Position numbers and translations under genes: made by a program. DNA of 64,000 nt, taken from positions 53,986 through 117,985 of the forward strand of contig NZUJ01000124.1 of the NCBI GenBank assembly GCA_002701295.1. Direction: 5' to 3'. This document shows, piece after piece, positions 37,626 to 48,266 of the stretch. This DNA comes from Ponticaulis sp. GTDB taxonomy: Bacteria; Pseudomonadota; Alphaproteobacteria; Caulobacterales; Hyphomonadaceae. Every line of letters begins with the position of its first letter. Positions within the stretch are counted from its first letter, which is position 1. The notes under the pieces were generated by a model. That model ran no database searches. It saw only the letters and a list, made by a program, of their open reading frames with translations, and had not been told where the DNA came from.

Positions 37626-40600
37626 TCACATACTCGCCTGAACGGCCTTCAACTGACGAATAAGCGTTGGCGTCACCTGCACAGACTGCGGGAAACCATT
37701 CGCGCGCTGGAATGCCGAGATCGCATTTCGTGTTTGCGTGCCGAACTCTCCGTCCGCAACGCCTGCACCATATCCAAGATCATTCAGAAGTGCCTGCGCT
37801 TCGCGAACCAGCGCAGTCTGGGCGCTCTCTGGAACCGGGGCGCTCTGAACAGAGGTTTGTGTCGGGGCTGACTGAGTAGCCGGGAAGCGACCGTTCGCAA
37901 TTGGATCGCTCGGTTGTGGTTGGAACGCTGCGGCCTCAGTGAGTGCACTTTCGACGACGACAGGATCCAATTCAGCACTCAGCTGAGACACTTTCGGCGT
38001 CGCACCAGAGTCGCCAGACTTTTCAGCGACAGCAAACCAGAAAAGCGCCTGACCAGGATTGGCCGAAATGCCCATTCCCTGCTCGTAAAGCACACCCAGG
38101 TTGAACTGGCTGTCGACGAGCCCATGCTCTGCAGCTCTACGGAACCATTGTACCGCGCCAGCATAATTCAGCGGGCCACCCTCGCCTTCCGCATAGAATA
38201 CGGCGAGGTCATGCATGGCTTTCACATTGCCAGATTCCGCGGCGCGGGCAGTCCATTCTCGAGACTGGGTCAGATCGCGCGGAACGCCCTGACCGGCCTC
38301 ATAAAGCTTCGACAGGCGATACTGCGCAACGGCAACGCCCGCATCGGCCGCTGAGCGGATTTGTGCGACACCTTCTGTAATGCGACCAGCGTCAAGCAGG
38401 GCCACACCCGTCTGGTAGGTCTCAATCGGTGTTGGCGCAGCTGGCGCGCTGACAGGCGCAGCAATAGTCTGCTGAGGCGGCGCGGTTGCTGCCGCTTCCC
38501 GCTGATTAAGGCTACGCGTCACGCTACTGGCATCTTCAACGACAGACGGCGCCGGCTCGACCTCTGGCTCTGGTGTGACGGTCCGCGCGACTGTCGGTTC
38601 TGGTTCAGCCCTTGGCGCAGGTGCAGACGTCGCTGTCGCTGTCGCTGTTTCAGCGGCACGAGGCGCTGCGGTCTCAGCTGGCATTTCTGCGGCGCTGACC
38701 TCGGAAGCAATTCCCTCAGCGGACTCATCGCCAGTTAACTCGCCCTGACCCATCTCGTCTTCAGACAGAGGTTCGGCAGCACTTGTTTCATCCAGTTCAG
38801 AAACATCCGGCATGATGATGGAGTTTTCATCTACAGCGCCGCGAGACGACGAACTGTTCAGAATATCGATCCCCGAATCCTGCTTACCACGCATCATCAT
38901 GTAGCCGGCTGTCCCGACTGCAGTCAGCGCAAGCACTGAAGCAGCCGCAACCAGCGGAACTTTCGACCCACCGCCTTTGCCAGACGGGGTTTTCTTACGA
39001 GACGATTTTGCAGCTTTTTTGGGCTCCGACCCACTGCGCGCAGCTTCTCGGGCACGGCTCAGATAATCGAGCGCTGGCGCGCTTTCAGCCATTCCGAAAT
39101 CATCAGCGCTGACGTCGTTCGGATCATCCAGTTCAGCAGCGTCGAGGTCAAAACCGCCATCACTCATGCTGGTCGAGAATTCATCGAGTTCCGCGTCAAA
39201 CGACTCGTTCTGGACAGGCGCAGGCGAAAACGCGTCAGCATCATTCGCCCATGGGTCATCCGGGACAACATATGCGTCGGGCTCATTCTTGCTTGCCGGC
39301 GCTTTCGGTTCAGGTACAGGCGCAGGCGCCTCATCCAGATCATCAACCTGGCTGAGCTGATCTTCAAAGCTGGCGAATGACATGCTGGCTTTTTCAGCGC
39401 CAGAGCCACCAACGGGCGAAGAGAAATCTTCTACCGCCTGCAGTCGCTCAGCAAGAGATGCCATGGCTTTCTGGATCGGGCTGACCGTCGAGGCAGTTGC
39501 CGATTCAACCTGAGAAATCCGCTCCTCAACACCTGACACCGCCCGTTTGAGGGAGTCAGACTGCCGCGTTTCAGACTGCTTGATCTCGTCAGAAATCCGG
39601 TTGAGCCCTTCTTCCTGTTTGACCTGCAGCGACTTGGTCAGCGTAGTCACGTGGTCCGTGAAATCGCGAATGGCCGATGCACTGCGCTCTTCAGACGCCT
39701 CGACCCGACCGTTCAGTACATCGGCGAGTTCGTTGATCTTGGCGCTCACTTCATCAAGTGAATCGTCTGATCCGCGCGTTTCCAGATCATTCAGTCGTTT
39801 GTGGAAGGTGGTTGCGAGTTCCGAAATTTGGCCGCGAACAGAGCTGGAAAGTTCAGACTCATTACGCTCTTCGACAACGCGAACCCGTTTTTCGAGCGTT
39901 TCGGTCAATCTGGCGACTTCTTCAGCGATCGCTTCAACCGATTGCATCTGGCGCTGCTCAGCGCGGCGCAATCGTTTGTGCATCTCCGAAACAGCTGTAT
40001 TCATTTCAGAGAAGGCCTCGGTCGGCACCGATGCGGCCTGTTCAATCTGTTCAGCCAGTTCAGAGCGCGTTTGCGCTACAGTGCCCGCCAGGTCAGTCTG
40101 AAGCGCCTGCATGCGCGCATCAAACTCATCTCGAAGGCTGGAGAAATTGTCATCAGCGAATTCGCGAGTCATACGCTCATCGAGCTGTGCGACAGATGTT
40201 TCGAGCCCTGCCAGTGCTGTGTCGGTCAGGTTTTCAGCTTCAGTCAGGCGCTCGGAAATCGCGTCCAGCGACGTATCGACACCGCTCAGGCGATCCTGAA
40301 TATCATCACGGAACTTTTCAGCCTGCTCTTCGAGCCTGGACACAAGATCAAAGGCCTGCTCGGAGCGCTCTTCATTCTGAGCGACATGCTTGCTCATGCG
40401 CTCAACGCTGTCGGAAACTTTTCCGAGGGTCGAACCCACCTCCGTTTCGATCTTGCCGACCCGGTCATTCGTGAGGCGCGATGCCTCAGAGACATCAACC
40501 TCTACTTTGGACAGTCGGTCAGACAGGTGTTGGGTCCGGCCTTCCGAGCGAAGCTCAGCTTCTGAAACGGCTTTTTCAATTCGGGATGCCGCGTCTTCGA

Positions 40601-41249
40601 GAGACGCATCAACATCACTTCGAACCTTGCCGAGTTCGGCATCCAGCCCTTCAACGCGCTCATCGACAGCGCGCTGGCTGGCCTCGTGTGCCGACGACTG
40701 ATCTTCCACACGTGTTGCGAGGCGCTCTAATGCGCCTTCAAGCGTTCTGAGGGCGTGAAGCGTCTGTTCTGAGGCATCATCCGTTTCAAGTCGGTTGATC
40801 CGCTTTTTCAGATACTCCTGCGCCTGACGTAATTCGTCATTCGCATGGTCAATCCGGCTTTCAATGGCTTGCTGAGAGCGTTCGGCATTTTCAAGCCGCG
40901 ACATTGCCCCGCGAAGCGACTGCTCAATTCCGGAAATGGCGAGTGTCGAGCGGTTCTCTGAATTTTCGATCCGACTGGCGAGCTTGGTGATCGCCTCAAG
41001 GCCGCGCACCTGAGCATCCGGAACGAAACCTGTTTCCTCGAATATGTGCTGCTTTTCTTCGGGCTTCATGTTTTCCATTGGGCTCGTTGTGTCAGATGGG
41101 CCTGATTGAGCGTCTTCGCTTTCGGCTTCCAGAAGGAGTCGATTCAGATAGTCACCCAGCGTGACGCCCTCACTGCGCGCAGCCTGAAGGGCCGCTTCGC
41201 GCGCCTTCGAATCGATGCCCTTAACACTCCATGGTCCACGCGTTGCCAT
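37626..41249 (-). CDS. podJ: Polar organelle development protein PodJ
   Basis: N-terminal PWSVKGIDSKAREAA...TLGDYLNRLL, long coiled coil, one TM, SEL1-like repeats, C-terminal PG-binding domain. Confidence 0.85.
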   Translation of the reverse strand: MATRGPWSVKGIDSKAREAALQAARSEGVTLGDYLNRLLLEAESEDAQSGPSDTTSPMENMKPEEKQHIFEETGFVPDAQVRGLEAITKLASRIENSENRSTLAISGIEQSLRGAMSRLENAERSQQAIESRIDHANDELRQAQEYLKKRINRLETDDASEQTLHALRTLEGALERLATRVEDQSSAHEASQRAVDERVEGLDAELGKVRSDVDASLEDAASRIEKAVSEAELRSEGRTQHLSDRLSKVEVDVSEASRLTNDRVGKIETEVGSTLGKVSDSVERMSKHVAQNEERSEQAFDLVSRLEEQAEKFRDDIQDRLSGVDTSLDAISERLTEAENLTDTALAGLETSVAQLDERMTREFADDNFSSLRDEFDARMQALQTDLAGTVAQTRSELAEQIEQAASVPTEAFSEMNTAVSEMHKRLRRAEQRQMQSVEAIAEEVARLTETLEKRVRVVEERNESELSSSVRGQISELATTFHKRLNDLETRGSDDSLDEVSAKINELADVLNGRVEASEERSASAIRDFTDHVTTLTKSLQVKQEEGLNRISDEIKQSETRQSDSLKRAVSGVEERISQVESATASTVSPIQKAMASLAERLQAVEDFSSPVGGSGAEKASMSFASFEDQLSQVDDLDEAPAPVPEPKAPASKNEPDAYVVPDDPWANDADAFSPAPVQNESFDAELDEFSTSMSDGGFDLDAAELDDPNDVSADDFGMAESAPALDYLSRAREAARSGSEPKKAAKSSRKKTPSGKGGGSKVPLVAAASVLALTAVGTAGYMMMRGKQDSGIDILNSSSSRGAVDENSIIMPDVSELDETSAAEPLSEDEMGQGELTGDESAEGIASEVSAAEMPAETAAPRAAETATATATSAPAPRAEPEPTVARTVTPEPEVEPAPSVVEDASSVTRSLNQREAAATAPPQQTIAAPVSAPAAPTPIETYQTGVALLDAGRITEGVAQIRSAADAGVAVAQYRLSKLYEAGQGVPRDLTQSREWTARAAESGNVKAMHDLAVFYAEGEGGPLNYAGAVQWFRRAAEHGLVDSQFNLGVLYEQGMGISANPGQALFWFAVAEKSGDSGATPKVSQLSAELDPVVVESALTEAAAFQPQPSDPIANGRFPATQSAPTQTSVQSAPVPESAQTALVREAQALLNDLGYGAGVADGEFGTQTRNAISAFQRANGFPQSVQVTPTLIRQLKAVQASM

Positions 41250-41314
41250 GGTCAGCCCTCACATTGGCGGTCTTACCGCAATACTAATTTGGAACCTAAA
41301 AGCACCCGTTCGTA

Positions 41315-41329
41315 TTAAGGCAGAGTTAA
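41315..41329. promoter_or_regulatory. CtrA box upstream of podJ
   Basis: TTAA-GGCAGAG-TTAA, 66 bp upstream of the podJ ATG. Confidence 0.7.
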
Positions 41330-41397
41330 GATTGATGAATCGCGAACCGCCCAAGTGAAAAACTCCTGACTCATCAGGCCCGCGCTTTCGAGTTACG

Positions 41398-41426
41398 TTG
41401 ACGTGCGCGTAAAGGTGAACTACATT
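41398..41426 (+). promoter_or_regulatory. Sigma70 promoter with overlapping LiuR-type operator
   Basis: TTGACG-N17-TACATT; TTGACGT-GC-GCGTAAA overlaps the -35. Confidence 0.6.
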
Positions 41427-41432
41427 GCTCCT

Positions 41433-41930
41433 ATGGCTTCTGATCGCTCCACCATCCCGCCCGAGAAACAGCGAACCTACACCATTAGCGAGCTGTCCCG
41501 TGAATTCGACGTCACGCCGCGCGCCTTGCGCTTCTATGAAGACAAAGGCCTGCTTTCCCCGGATCGCAACGGACAGAACCGCGTCTTTTCAAGCCGGGAT
41601 CGCGCACGCTTGAAGCTCGTCCTCTCCGGACGGAAGGTCGGCTTTTCTCTGAATGATATTCGCGAAATGCTCGACCTTTATGATCTGGGTGACAATCAAC
41701 GCGCCCAGCTTCGTGCGACGTACAAGAAGCACAAGCAACAGATCGAAATCCTCAACCAGCAGCGTCTCGAAATCGATGAAGCCCTGAAAGAGCTGCACCG
41801 CGGCGTCGACTGGTTGGAAAAGAAGCTGGCAACCATCGGCCCGGGCAAAGATGAACTGGGCACCATCAGCGCCTATGACGCGATCGCACGAGCCCAGCTC
41901 GAAGGCGAAAACGAGCCGTCATCAGCCTGA
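41433..41930 (+). CDS. MerR-family regulator, LiuR-like
   Basis: YTISELSREFDVTPRALRFYEDKGLL, RDRARLKLV..GRKVGFSL; precedes acyl-CoA catabolic genes. Confidence 0.85.
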   Translation: MASDRSTIPPEKQRTYTISELSREFDVTPRALRFYEDKGLLSPDRNGQNRVFSSRDRARLKLVLSGRKVGFSLNDIREMLDLYDLGDNQRAQLRATYKKHKQQIEILNQQRLEIDEALKELHRGVDWLEKKLATIGPGKDELGTISAYDAIARAQLEGENEPSSA

Positions 41931-41976
41931 CACCCCGACGACTTACACTCCCCAAGCAAGATCCAGGATATTTCAC

Positions 41977-43761
41977 ATGCCAAGATACAAGGCCCCCGTT
42001 CGCGACATGCAATTCGTCCTTCATGAATTGCTGAGCATTGAAAACTATTCAAACCTGCCAGGCTTTTCAGATGCCTCCCCTGACCTTGTGGACCAGATCC
42101 TCGAGGGCGGCGCCAAGTTCGCCGAAGACGTACTTTTCCCGCTCAATAAAGTCGGCGACCGCGAAGGCTGCACACGGAATGCGGATGGCACAGTCACCAC
42201 GCCAACAGGCTTCAAGGATGCCTATAAGCAGCTGGTCGAAGCCGAATGGCTCTCGCTGTCGGCAGATCCTGAATATGGCGGCCAGGGCCTTCCCGCAGTT
42301 GTGAATGTCGCACTCAATGAAATGCAGAGCGCATCCAACATGGCGTTCTCCATGTATCCGGGTCTCACACACGGCGCTTATCAGGCGCTTCTGGCTGGTG
42401 GATCAGAAGAGCAGAAACAGACTTATGTCACCCGCATGATCAATGGCGGCTGGTCGGGCACGATGAACCTCACCGAGCCTCAATGCGGTACAGATCTGGG
42501 CCTCATCAAAACCAAAGCCATTCCACAAGAAGACGGCTCCTATAAAATCACGGGCCAGAAGATCTGGATTTCCGGCGGTGAGCAGGACCTGTCCGAAAAC
42601 ATTATCCACCTTGTGCTGGCCCGCATCGAAGGCGCGCCGGAAGGCATTAAAGGCATTTCGCTTTTCGTTGTGCCGAAATATCTGGTCAATGAGGATGGTT
42701 CTCTCGGTGAACGCAACACCATGCAGTGCGGCGGGCTGGAAGAGAAAATGGGCATTCACGGCAACGCCACCTGCGTCATGAATTATGATGACGCAAAAGG
42801 CTGGCTCGTTGGTGAAGAACACAAAGGCATGCGCACCATGTTCGTCATGATGAACGAAGCGCGCCTGGGTGTGGGCCTGCAGGGCCTTGCGCAAGCAGAC
42901 ATCGCCTATCAGAACGCTGCAGACTTTGCCCGCGACCGTCTGCAAAGCCGCTCCCTCACAGGCCCGGCAGCACCAGAAAAGCCAGCTGATCCGATCATTG
43001 TTCACCCGGACGTTCGCCGGATGCTGATGGACTCGCGGGCCTTCATCGAAGGCGCCCGGGCTTTCATTCTCTGGACCGCGCTTTACGGCGATCTGGAGCA
43101 TAAGTCTCCGGATGAAAAAGTTCGCGAAAAAGCCAGTGACTATATGGCGCTCATGACGCCAGTCCTGAAAGGCTTCCTGACGGATCATGGTTTCAAAACG
43201 ACGTCTGAATGCCTCCAGCTTCATGGCGGCATTGGCTATACAGAGGAAATGGGCGTCGAACAGTATATGCGTGATGCGCGCATTGCCCTGATCTATGAAG
43301 GCACGAACGGCATTCAGGCGCTCGACCTGGTCGGTCGGAAGCTCGCCGCGAATGGCGGCCGGGCCATCTTCACCTTCTTTGGTGAGATCGACGACTTCAT
43401 TGGCGAGAATTCCGACAATGACGACCTGAAATTCGCGCTAGAGCCGCTGAAGGACATCCGTGAGAAGCTGCAGGAAGGCACGATGTGGCTCATGCAGAAC
43501 GGCATGGCGAACTTCAACAATGCTGGCGCAGCGTCCACTGACTATATGCACCTGTTTGGCTACACGGCGCTCGCTTACATGTGGGCGATGATGTCCAAGA
43601 CGGCGCTCGAAAAGAAAGATGGCAGCGACCCGTTCTATGAGAACAAGCTGATCACCGCACGCTATTACATGGAACGCATTCTGCCTCGCGGCGGCGCACA
43701 TCTCTCATCGCTCAAGACCGGCGCTGACAACATGATGGCGCTTGAAGCTGAAGCATTCTGA
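41977..43761 (+). CDS. Acyl-CoA dehydrogenase (long, about 595 aa)
   Basis: GTMNLTEPQCGTDLG, GQKIWIS, EEKMGIHG, IYEGTNGIQALDL. Confidence 0.92.
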   Translation: MPRYKAPVRDMQFVLHELLSIENYSNLPGFSDASPDLVDQILEGGAKFAEDVLFPLNKVGDREGCTRNADGTVTTPTGFKDAYKQLVEAEWLSLSADPEYGGQGLPAVVNVALNEMQSASNMAFSMYPGLTHGAYQALLAGGSEEQKQTYVTRMINGGWSGTMNLTEPQCGTDLGLIKTKAIPQEDGSYKITGQKIWISGGEQDLSENIIHLVLARIEGAPEGIKGISLFVVPKYLVNEDGSLGERNTMQCGGLEEKMGIHGNATCVMNYDDAKGWLVGEEHKGMRTMFVMMNEARLGVGLQGLAQADIAYQNAADFARDRLQSRSLTGPAAPEKPADPIIVHPDVRRMLMDSRAFIEGARAFILWTALYGDLEHKSPDEKVREKASDYMALMTPVLKGFLTDHGFKTTSECLQLHGGIGYTEEMGVEQYMRDARIALIYEGTNGIQALDLVGRKLAANGGRAIFTFFGEIDDFIGENSDNDDLKFALEPLKDIREKLQEGTMWLMQNGMANFNNAGAASTDYMHLFGYTALAYMWAMMSKTALEKKDGSDPFYENKLITARYYMERILPRGGAHLSSLKTGADNMMALEAEAF

Positions 43762-43788
43762 TCCGCAAATCAGAGATGGGAGCCACAC

Positions 43789-44238
43789 ATGACAGCATTT
43801 GATCCGAAGACATTCTTCTCGTCTGATGCGTCGTCGGCTCCCGCTTGCGCCAGGCACCTGCACTTTGAGTTTCAGGATGCCGATCAGGAACGCGGCTGGA
43901 TCCGTATCAAGTTTACGCCCCAGCCCGAATTCCTGAACCCTATGGGCGTTGTGCAGGGCGGCATGCTCGTGGCCATGCTGGACGATACAATGGGCCCGGC
44001 AGTTCTGGTCAAATCTGGTGGCACGCTGGTGACCAGCTCGATCGACATTCACACACATTTCCTGAGGCCGGTCCGACTAGCACCGGTCTATTGTGAAGCA
44101 GAAGTCACACGCCTTGGCCGCCAGATCGCGTATATTGAAGGTAAGCTGTTTGACGAAAAAGGACGCCTCTGCGTCCGCGCGACATCCAGCGCAATGATTG
44201 CAAAATTTCCGATGGCGGAAGGCAACACCGATGTCTGA
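43789..44238 (+). CDS. PaaI family thioesterase
   Basis: NPMGVVQGG...MLDD. Confidence 0.85.
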   Translation: MTAFDPKTFFSSDASSAPACARHLHFEFQDADQERGWIRIKFTPQPEFLNPMGVVQGGMLVAMLDDTMGPAVLVKSGGTLVTSSIDIHTHFLRPVRLAPVYCEAEVTRLGRQIAYIEGKLFDEKGRLCVRATSSAMIAKFPMAEGNTDV

Positions 44239-44587
44239 GAAGAAGATCCGGGATATGTCAGCAAGCGAAACGCGGCTGTACTTCGCAGCGAAGCACTGTC
44301 CATGGCCCTTGGAACAAGTCCAGCAGATCGCACAGCTGGCAAATTCAATTTCGTCAGACATCAATGTTTTGATGCGCGACATTGACGATCTAGCTGGTTT
44401 GCCGGGAACGGATGAGCGAAAACAGGCTAGTCGTATGTTGCGCGGCGCCGCTGACGCCCATAGCGGCATCTACGATATTCTGGCGCCCATTTATTCGAAG
44501 TTCCCTGAACTCGCACCCGAAAAAGTTCGCGCCGAATATCTTCCCGAAACATCTGAAAACAAAACCAATCCCACCCCAAAGGAGTAA
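44231..44587 (+). CDS. Hypothetical protein
   Basis: Open frame overlapping the thioesterase stop and filling the operon gap. Confidence 0.6.
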   Translation: MSEKKIRDMSASETRLYFAAKHCPWPLEQVQQIAQLANSISSDINVLMRDIDDLAGLPGTDERKQASRMLRGAADAHSGIYDILAPIYSKFPELAPEKVRAEYLPETSENKTNPTPKE

Positions 44588-44593
44588 CGCCAA

Positions 44594-45799
44594 ATGGCAG
44601 ATGCATATATATTTGACGCGGTGCGAACACCGCGCGGGAAAGGAAAGAACACGGGTTCTCTCCACGAAATCACATCGCTCAGTCTGGCAACACAGACCCT
44701 CCAGGCCATTCGTGACCGCAACAGCCTCGACACGTCAAAAGTTGATGATGTGATCCTCGGCTGCGTTGCGCCGGTTGGCGAGCAAGGCTCAGACATCGCC
44801 CGCACAGCCGTTCTGGCTGCCGAGTATGCCGAGACCACTGCTGGCGTTCAGGTTGACCGCTTTTGCGCGTCGGGCCTTGAGGCCTGCAATATCGCCGCAG
44901 CCAAAGTCATGACCGGTGAAGCCGATATGGCCATTGGTGGTGGTGTCGAAGCCATGTCCCGCGTTCCGATGGGCTCCAATGGTGGTGCATGGCCGGTTGA
45001 CCCGTCTGTTGCCATCAAATCTTACTTCGCGCCACAAGGCGTTTCTGCTGACCTCATTGCCACAAAATACGGTTTCAGCCGCGATGATGTCGACGCTTAC
45101 GCCGTCGAGAGCCAGAAACGCGCCGCTGCCGCCTGGAAGGAAGGCCGGTTCTCCAAATCCGTCGTTCCTGTGAAAGACCAGATGGGCGCCATCATTCTCG
45201 ATCATGACGAAACAGTGCGTGAAAGCACGGACATGCAGTCGCTTGCTGGCCTGAACCCGAGCTTCACCGGTCTTGGCGGCATGGGTTTTGATGAAGTCGT
45301 CAAACAGCGCTACCCGGAAGTCGAAGCGATCAACCACGTCCACCATGCGGGCAACTCGTCCGGCATCGTCGATGGTGCCTCAGCTGTTTTGTTCGGCACG
45401 AAGGAAATGGGCGAAGCCCTCGGCCTCAAACCACGTGCCCGCATCAAAGGTTTCGCTTCGATCGGGTCTGAACCGGCCATCATGCTGACAGGCCCTGCGC
45501 CGGTCACCGAAAAGCTTCTCAAAAAGCTCGGCATGAATGTCTCTGACATCGATCTTTACGAGCTGAACGAAGCCTTCGCAGCCGTTGTTCTGCGCTATAT
45601 GCAGGCGCTCGATATTCCGCACGACAAGGTCAACGTAAATGGCGGCGCAATCGCTATGGGTCACCCGCTCGGTGCAACCGGCGCGATGATCCTGGGCACC
45701 ATGGTCGATGAGCTGGAACGCTCTGACAAGGAAACCGCGCTCGTCACGCTCTGCGTCGGCGCAGGCATGGGTACAGCAACCGTGATTGAGCGGGTTTGA
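44594..45799 (+). CDS. Acetyl-CoA C-acyltransferase (thiolase)
   Basis: [28 protein letters not shown]. Confidence 0.95.
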   Translation: MADAYIFDAVRTPRGKGKNTGSLHEITSLSLATQTLQAIRDRNSLDTSKVDDVILGCVAPVGEQGSDIARTAVLAAEYAETTAGVQVDRFCASGLEACNIAAAKVMTGEADMAIGGGVEAMSRVPMGSNGGAWPVDPSVAIKSYFAPQGVSADLIATKYGFSRDDVDAYAVESQKRAAAAWKEGRFSKSVVPVKDQMGAIILDHDETVRESTDMQSLAGLNPSFTGLGGMGFDEVVKQRYPEVEAINHVHHAGNSSGIVDGASAVLFGTKEMGEALGLKPRARIKGFASIGSEPAIMLTGPAPVTEKLLKKLGMNVSDIDLYELNEAFAAVVLRYMQALDIPHDKVNVNGGAIAMGHPLGATGAMILGTMVDELERSDKETALVTLCVGAGMGTATVIERV

Positions 45800-46011
45800 T
45801 CGTGGCAAAGCGGATAAAACCAGAAGCTGGCATGGCCATCGGTTTGGGGTGCGGCGTCGCCATGGGGGCCGGCCTTTCAGCCGCCACCGGTCAGACGTCC
45901 ATGCTTGCCGTAGGCATTGGGTGTGGGGTCGCCATAGGCGCCGCCATGACCGCTCAGCTGAAAAAGAAAGCCGCTGCCCAATCCGACTCCGACGACAAAG
46001 ACAACGCCTGA
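45796..46011 (+). CDS. Small glycine-rich membrane protein
   Basis: Two GxxxG-rich segments ([28 protein letters not shown]). Confidence 0.6.
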   Translation: MIVAKRIKPEAGMAIGLGCGVAMGAGLSAATGQTSMLAVGIGCGVAIGAAMTAQLKKKAAAQSDSDDKDNA

Positions 46012-46031
46012 AACTTCAGGAGAAATAAACA

Positions 46032-48257
46032 ATGAATCTCACAACATTTACATTTGAAACCGACGCCGATGGCATAGCGGTCGCAACCTTCGACCTGCCC
46101 GGCAAATCCATGAACACCATCACTGGCGACGTGATGGAAGATCTCGCGACAATCGCGAAAGAACTCGAAACCAATGACGACATCAAAGGCCTCGTCATCA
46201 CGTCTGGTAAAGCCTCTGGCTTTTGTGCAGGCGCGGACCTCGGCGAGATTGGTGGCCAGGATGCCTCAGCTCTGAAAGACATGAGCGAAGACGAGCGCCT
46301 GAAAGCGGCATTCGAGCGCGCATTCTCTCTAAACAAGACACTTCGCGCCATTGAGACCTGCGGCAAACCCGTAGCGTGTGCGGTGAACGGTCTCGCCCTT
46401 GGCGGCGGCTTTGAAATCGCCCTCGCCTGCCATGCGCGCTTTGCGGCAAATGACAATCCGAAACTGGTTTTCGGGCTGCCAGAATCCAAAGTTGGCCTGC
46501 TGCCAGGTGGTGGCGGCACACAGCGTCTGCCGCGTCTGATCGGCCTTATGGGCTCAAGCTCCTACATTCTTGAAGGCAAGAACATGAAGCCGCAGGAAGC
46601 CCTCGGCTTCGGCATTGTGAAAGAGCTTGTGCCGACTGCAGAGCTGGTCACAAAGGCGAAAGAATGGGTCAAAGCCAACCCGAATGCCAAGGCGCCATGG
46701 GATGAAAAAGGCTTCCGCTTTCCGGGCGGTGTGCCGAACCAGAAACCAGAGGCCACACAGATTTCCATGGTCGGCAACGCCATGGTCATGTCGAAAACAT
46801 GGGGCAATTACCCGGCTCAGAAGAACATTCTGAAATGTCTTTACGAAGGCTCGCAGGTGCCAATGGATGCGGCGCTCCGTATCGAGACACGCTATTTTGT
46901 CGAGACCATGCAGACACCTGAATCAAAGGGCATGATCCGTTCGCTCTTCCTGTCATTGCAGGAGCTTTCCAAAGGCGCGTCCCGTCCGGTTGGCCCGGCC
47001 CCATACGAGATCAAGAAAGTTGCCGTCCTCGGCGCTGGCCTGATGGGCGCTGGTATTGCGCATGTTCAGGCAATGGCGGGTATCGAAACCGTTCTCCTCG
47101 ACATCTCTCAGGAGAGCGCAGAGAAAGGCAAAGCCTATTCCAAGCGCATTCTCGACAAGGCGGTCTCTCGCGGAAAAATGACGCAGGAGAAGGCCGACAA
47201 GGTGCTGGCGAATATCACCCCGTCGACGGACTATGCGAACATCAACGGCGCTGACCTGGTGGTCGAAGCCGTGTTCGAGGACACAGAGCTGAAAGCCAAG
47301 GTCACGAAGATGGCTGAAGAACACCTTCGCGAAGATGCGGTCATGGGGTCAAACACCTCAACCTTGCCAATCACCGGCCTCGCAAAAGCATCTGTGCGCC
47401 CAGAGAACTATATCGGCATTCACTTCTTCTCACCGGTTGAGCGGATGGGCCTTGTGGAGATTATTCTCGGCGACAAAACTTCAGAGGAAACCCTCGCGAA
47501 GACGATCGACTATGTTCTGAAAATCAAGAAGACGCCGATCACAGTGAACGACCATCGCGGCTTCTACACCTCGCGTTGCTTTGGCACCTACACGCAGGAA
47601 GGCATGGAAATGCTGATCGAAGGCATTAAGCCTGCCATCATCGAGAATGTCGGCCGTATGTCCGGCATGCCGATGGGCCCGCTCGAAGTGTCTGACTCCG
47701 TTGGTCTCGACACTGCGCTGAAAATCGGTCGCCAATACGCCAAGGCGGCAGGCGTAGACGCCAATGAACAGCCGTCCAGCCAATTCCTAGCCTGGCTTGT
47801 CGAAGACAAGGAACGTGTCGGTCGGAAAGCAGGCAAAGGCTATTATGAGTATGACGAAAAGGGAAAACCTTCGCGCATCTGGCCAGACCTGTCAGACCGT
47901 ATTGAGGTCAAAGTGGATGAATGTCCGCCAGCCCTCAAAGAGGAACTCACCAAACGGTTCCTCTTCCGCCAGTGCATTGAGGTTGCGCGCTGTTTCGAAG
48001 AAGGCGTGATCACTGATGCGCGCGACGCCGATATCGGCTCTATCCTGGCATGGGGCTTCGCGCCTTATTCCGGCGGCTGTGCGTCTTACATGGATCTCAA
48101 ATGGGGTATCCCTGCATTTGTTGCCGAAGCTGACCGTCTGGCCGATGCTTATGGCGAGCGTTTCCGTCCGCCTCAAATGCTGCGCGACATGGCGGAAGCA
48201 GGAGAGACTTTCTATTCCCGCTTCCCACCGCCACAGCGTGAAGCTGAAGCGGCTTGA
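46032..48257 (+). CDS. Fatty-acid oxidation multifunctional enzyme (enoyl-CoA hydratase/3-hydroxyacyl-CoA dehydrogenase, FadJ/FadB-like)
   Basis: Crotonase N-terminus, GAGLMG Rossmann motif, SNTS, HFFSP. Confidence 0.93.
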   Translation: MNLTTFTFETDADGIAVATFDLPGKSMNTITGDVMEDLATIAKELETNDDIKGLVITSGKASGFCAGADLGEIGGQDASALKDMSEDERLKAAFERAFSLNKTLRAIETCGKPVACAVNGLALGGGFEIALACHARFAANDNPKLVFGLPESKVGLLPGGGGTQRLPRLIGLMGSSSYILEGKNMKPQEALGFGIVKELVPTAELVTKAKEWVKANPNAKAPWDEKGFRFPGGVPNQKPEATQISMVGNAMVMSKTWGNYPAQKNILKCLYEGSQVPMDAALRIETRYFVETMQTPESKGMIRSLFLSLQELSKGASRPVGPAPYEIKKVAVLGAGLMGAGIAHVQAMAGIETVLLDISQESAEKGKAYSKRILDKAVSRGKMTQEKADKVLANITPSTDYANINGADLVVEAVFEDTELKAKVTKMAEEHLREDAVMGSNTSTLPITGLAKASVRPENYIGIHFFSPVERMGLVEIILGDKTSEETLAKTIDYVLKIKKTPITVNDHRGFYTSRCFGTYTQEGMEMLIEGIKPAIIENVGRMSGMPMGPLEVSDSVGLDTALKIGRQYAKAAGVDANEQPSSQFLAWLVEDKERVGRKAGKGYYEYDEKGKPSRIWPDLSDRIEVKVDECPPALKEELTKRFLFRQCIEVARCFEEGVITDARDADIGSILAWGFAPYSGGCASYMDLKWGIPAFVAEADRLADAYGERFRPPQMLRDMAEAGETFYSRFPPPQREAEAA

Positions 48258-48266
48258 CGCTCAAAG

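Noticed and set aside
37626-41249. 1207-aa coiled-coil protein as tape measure, SMC or toxin
   Set aside because: N-terminal motif, TM, SEL1 repeats and PG-binding domain match PodJ
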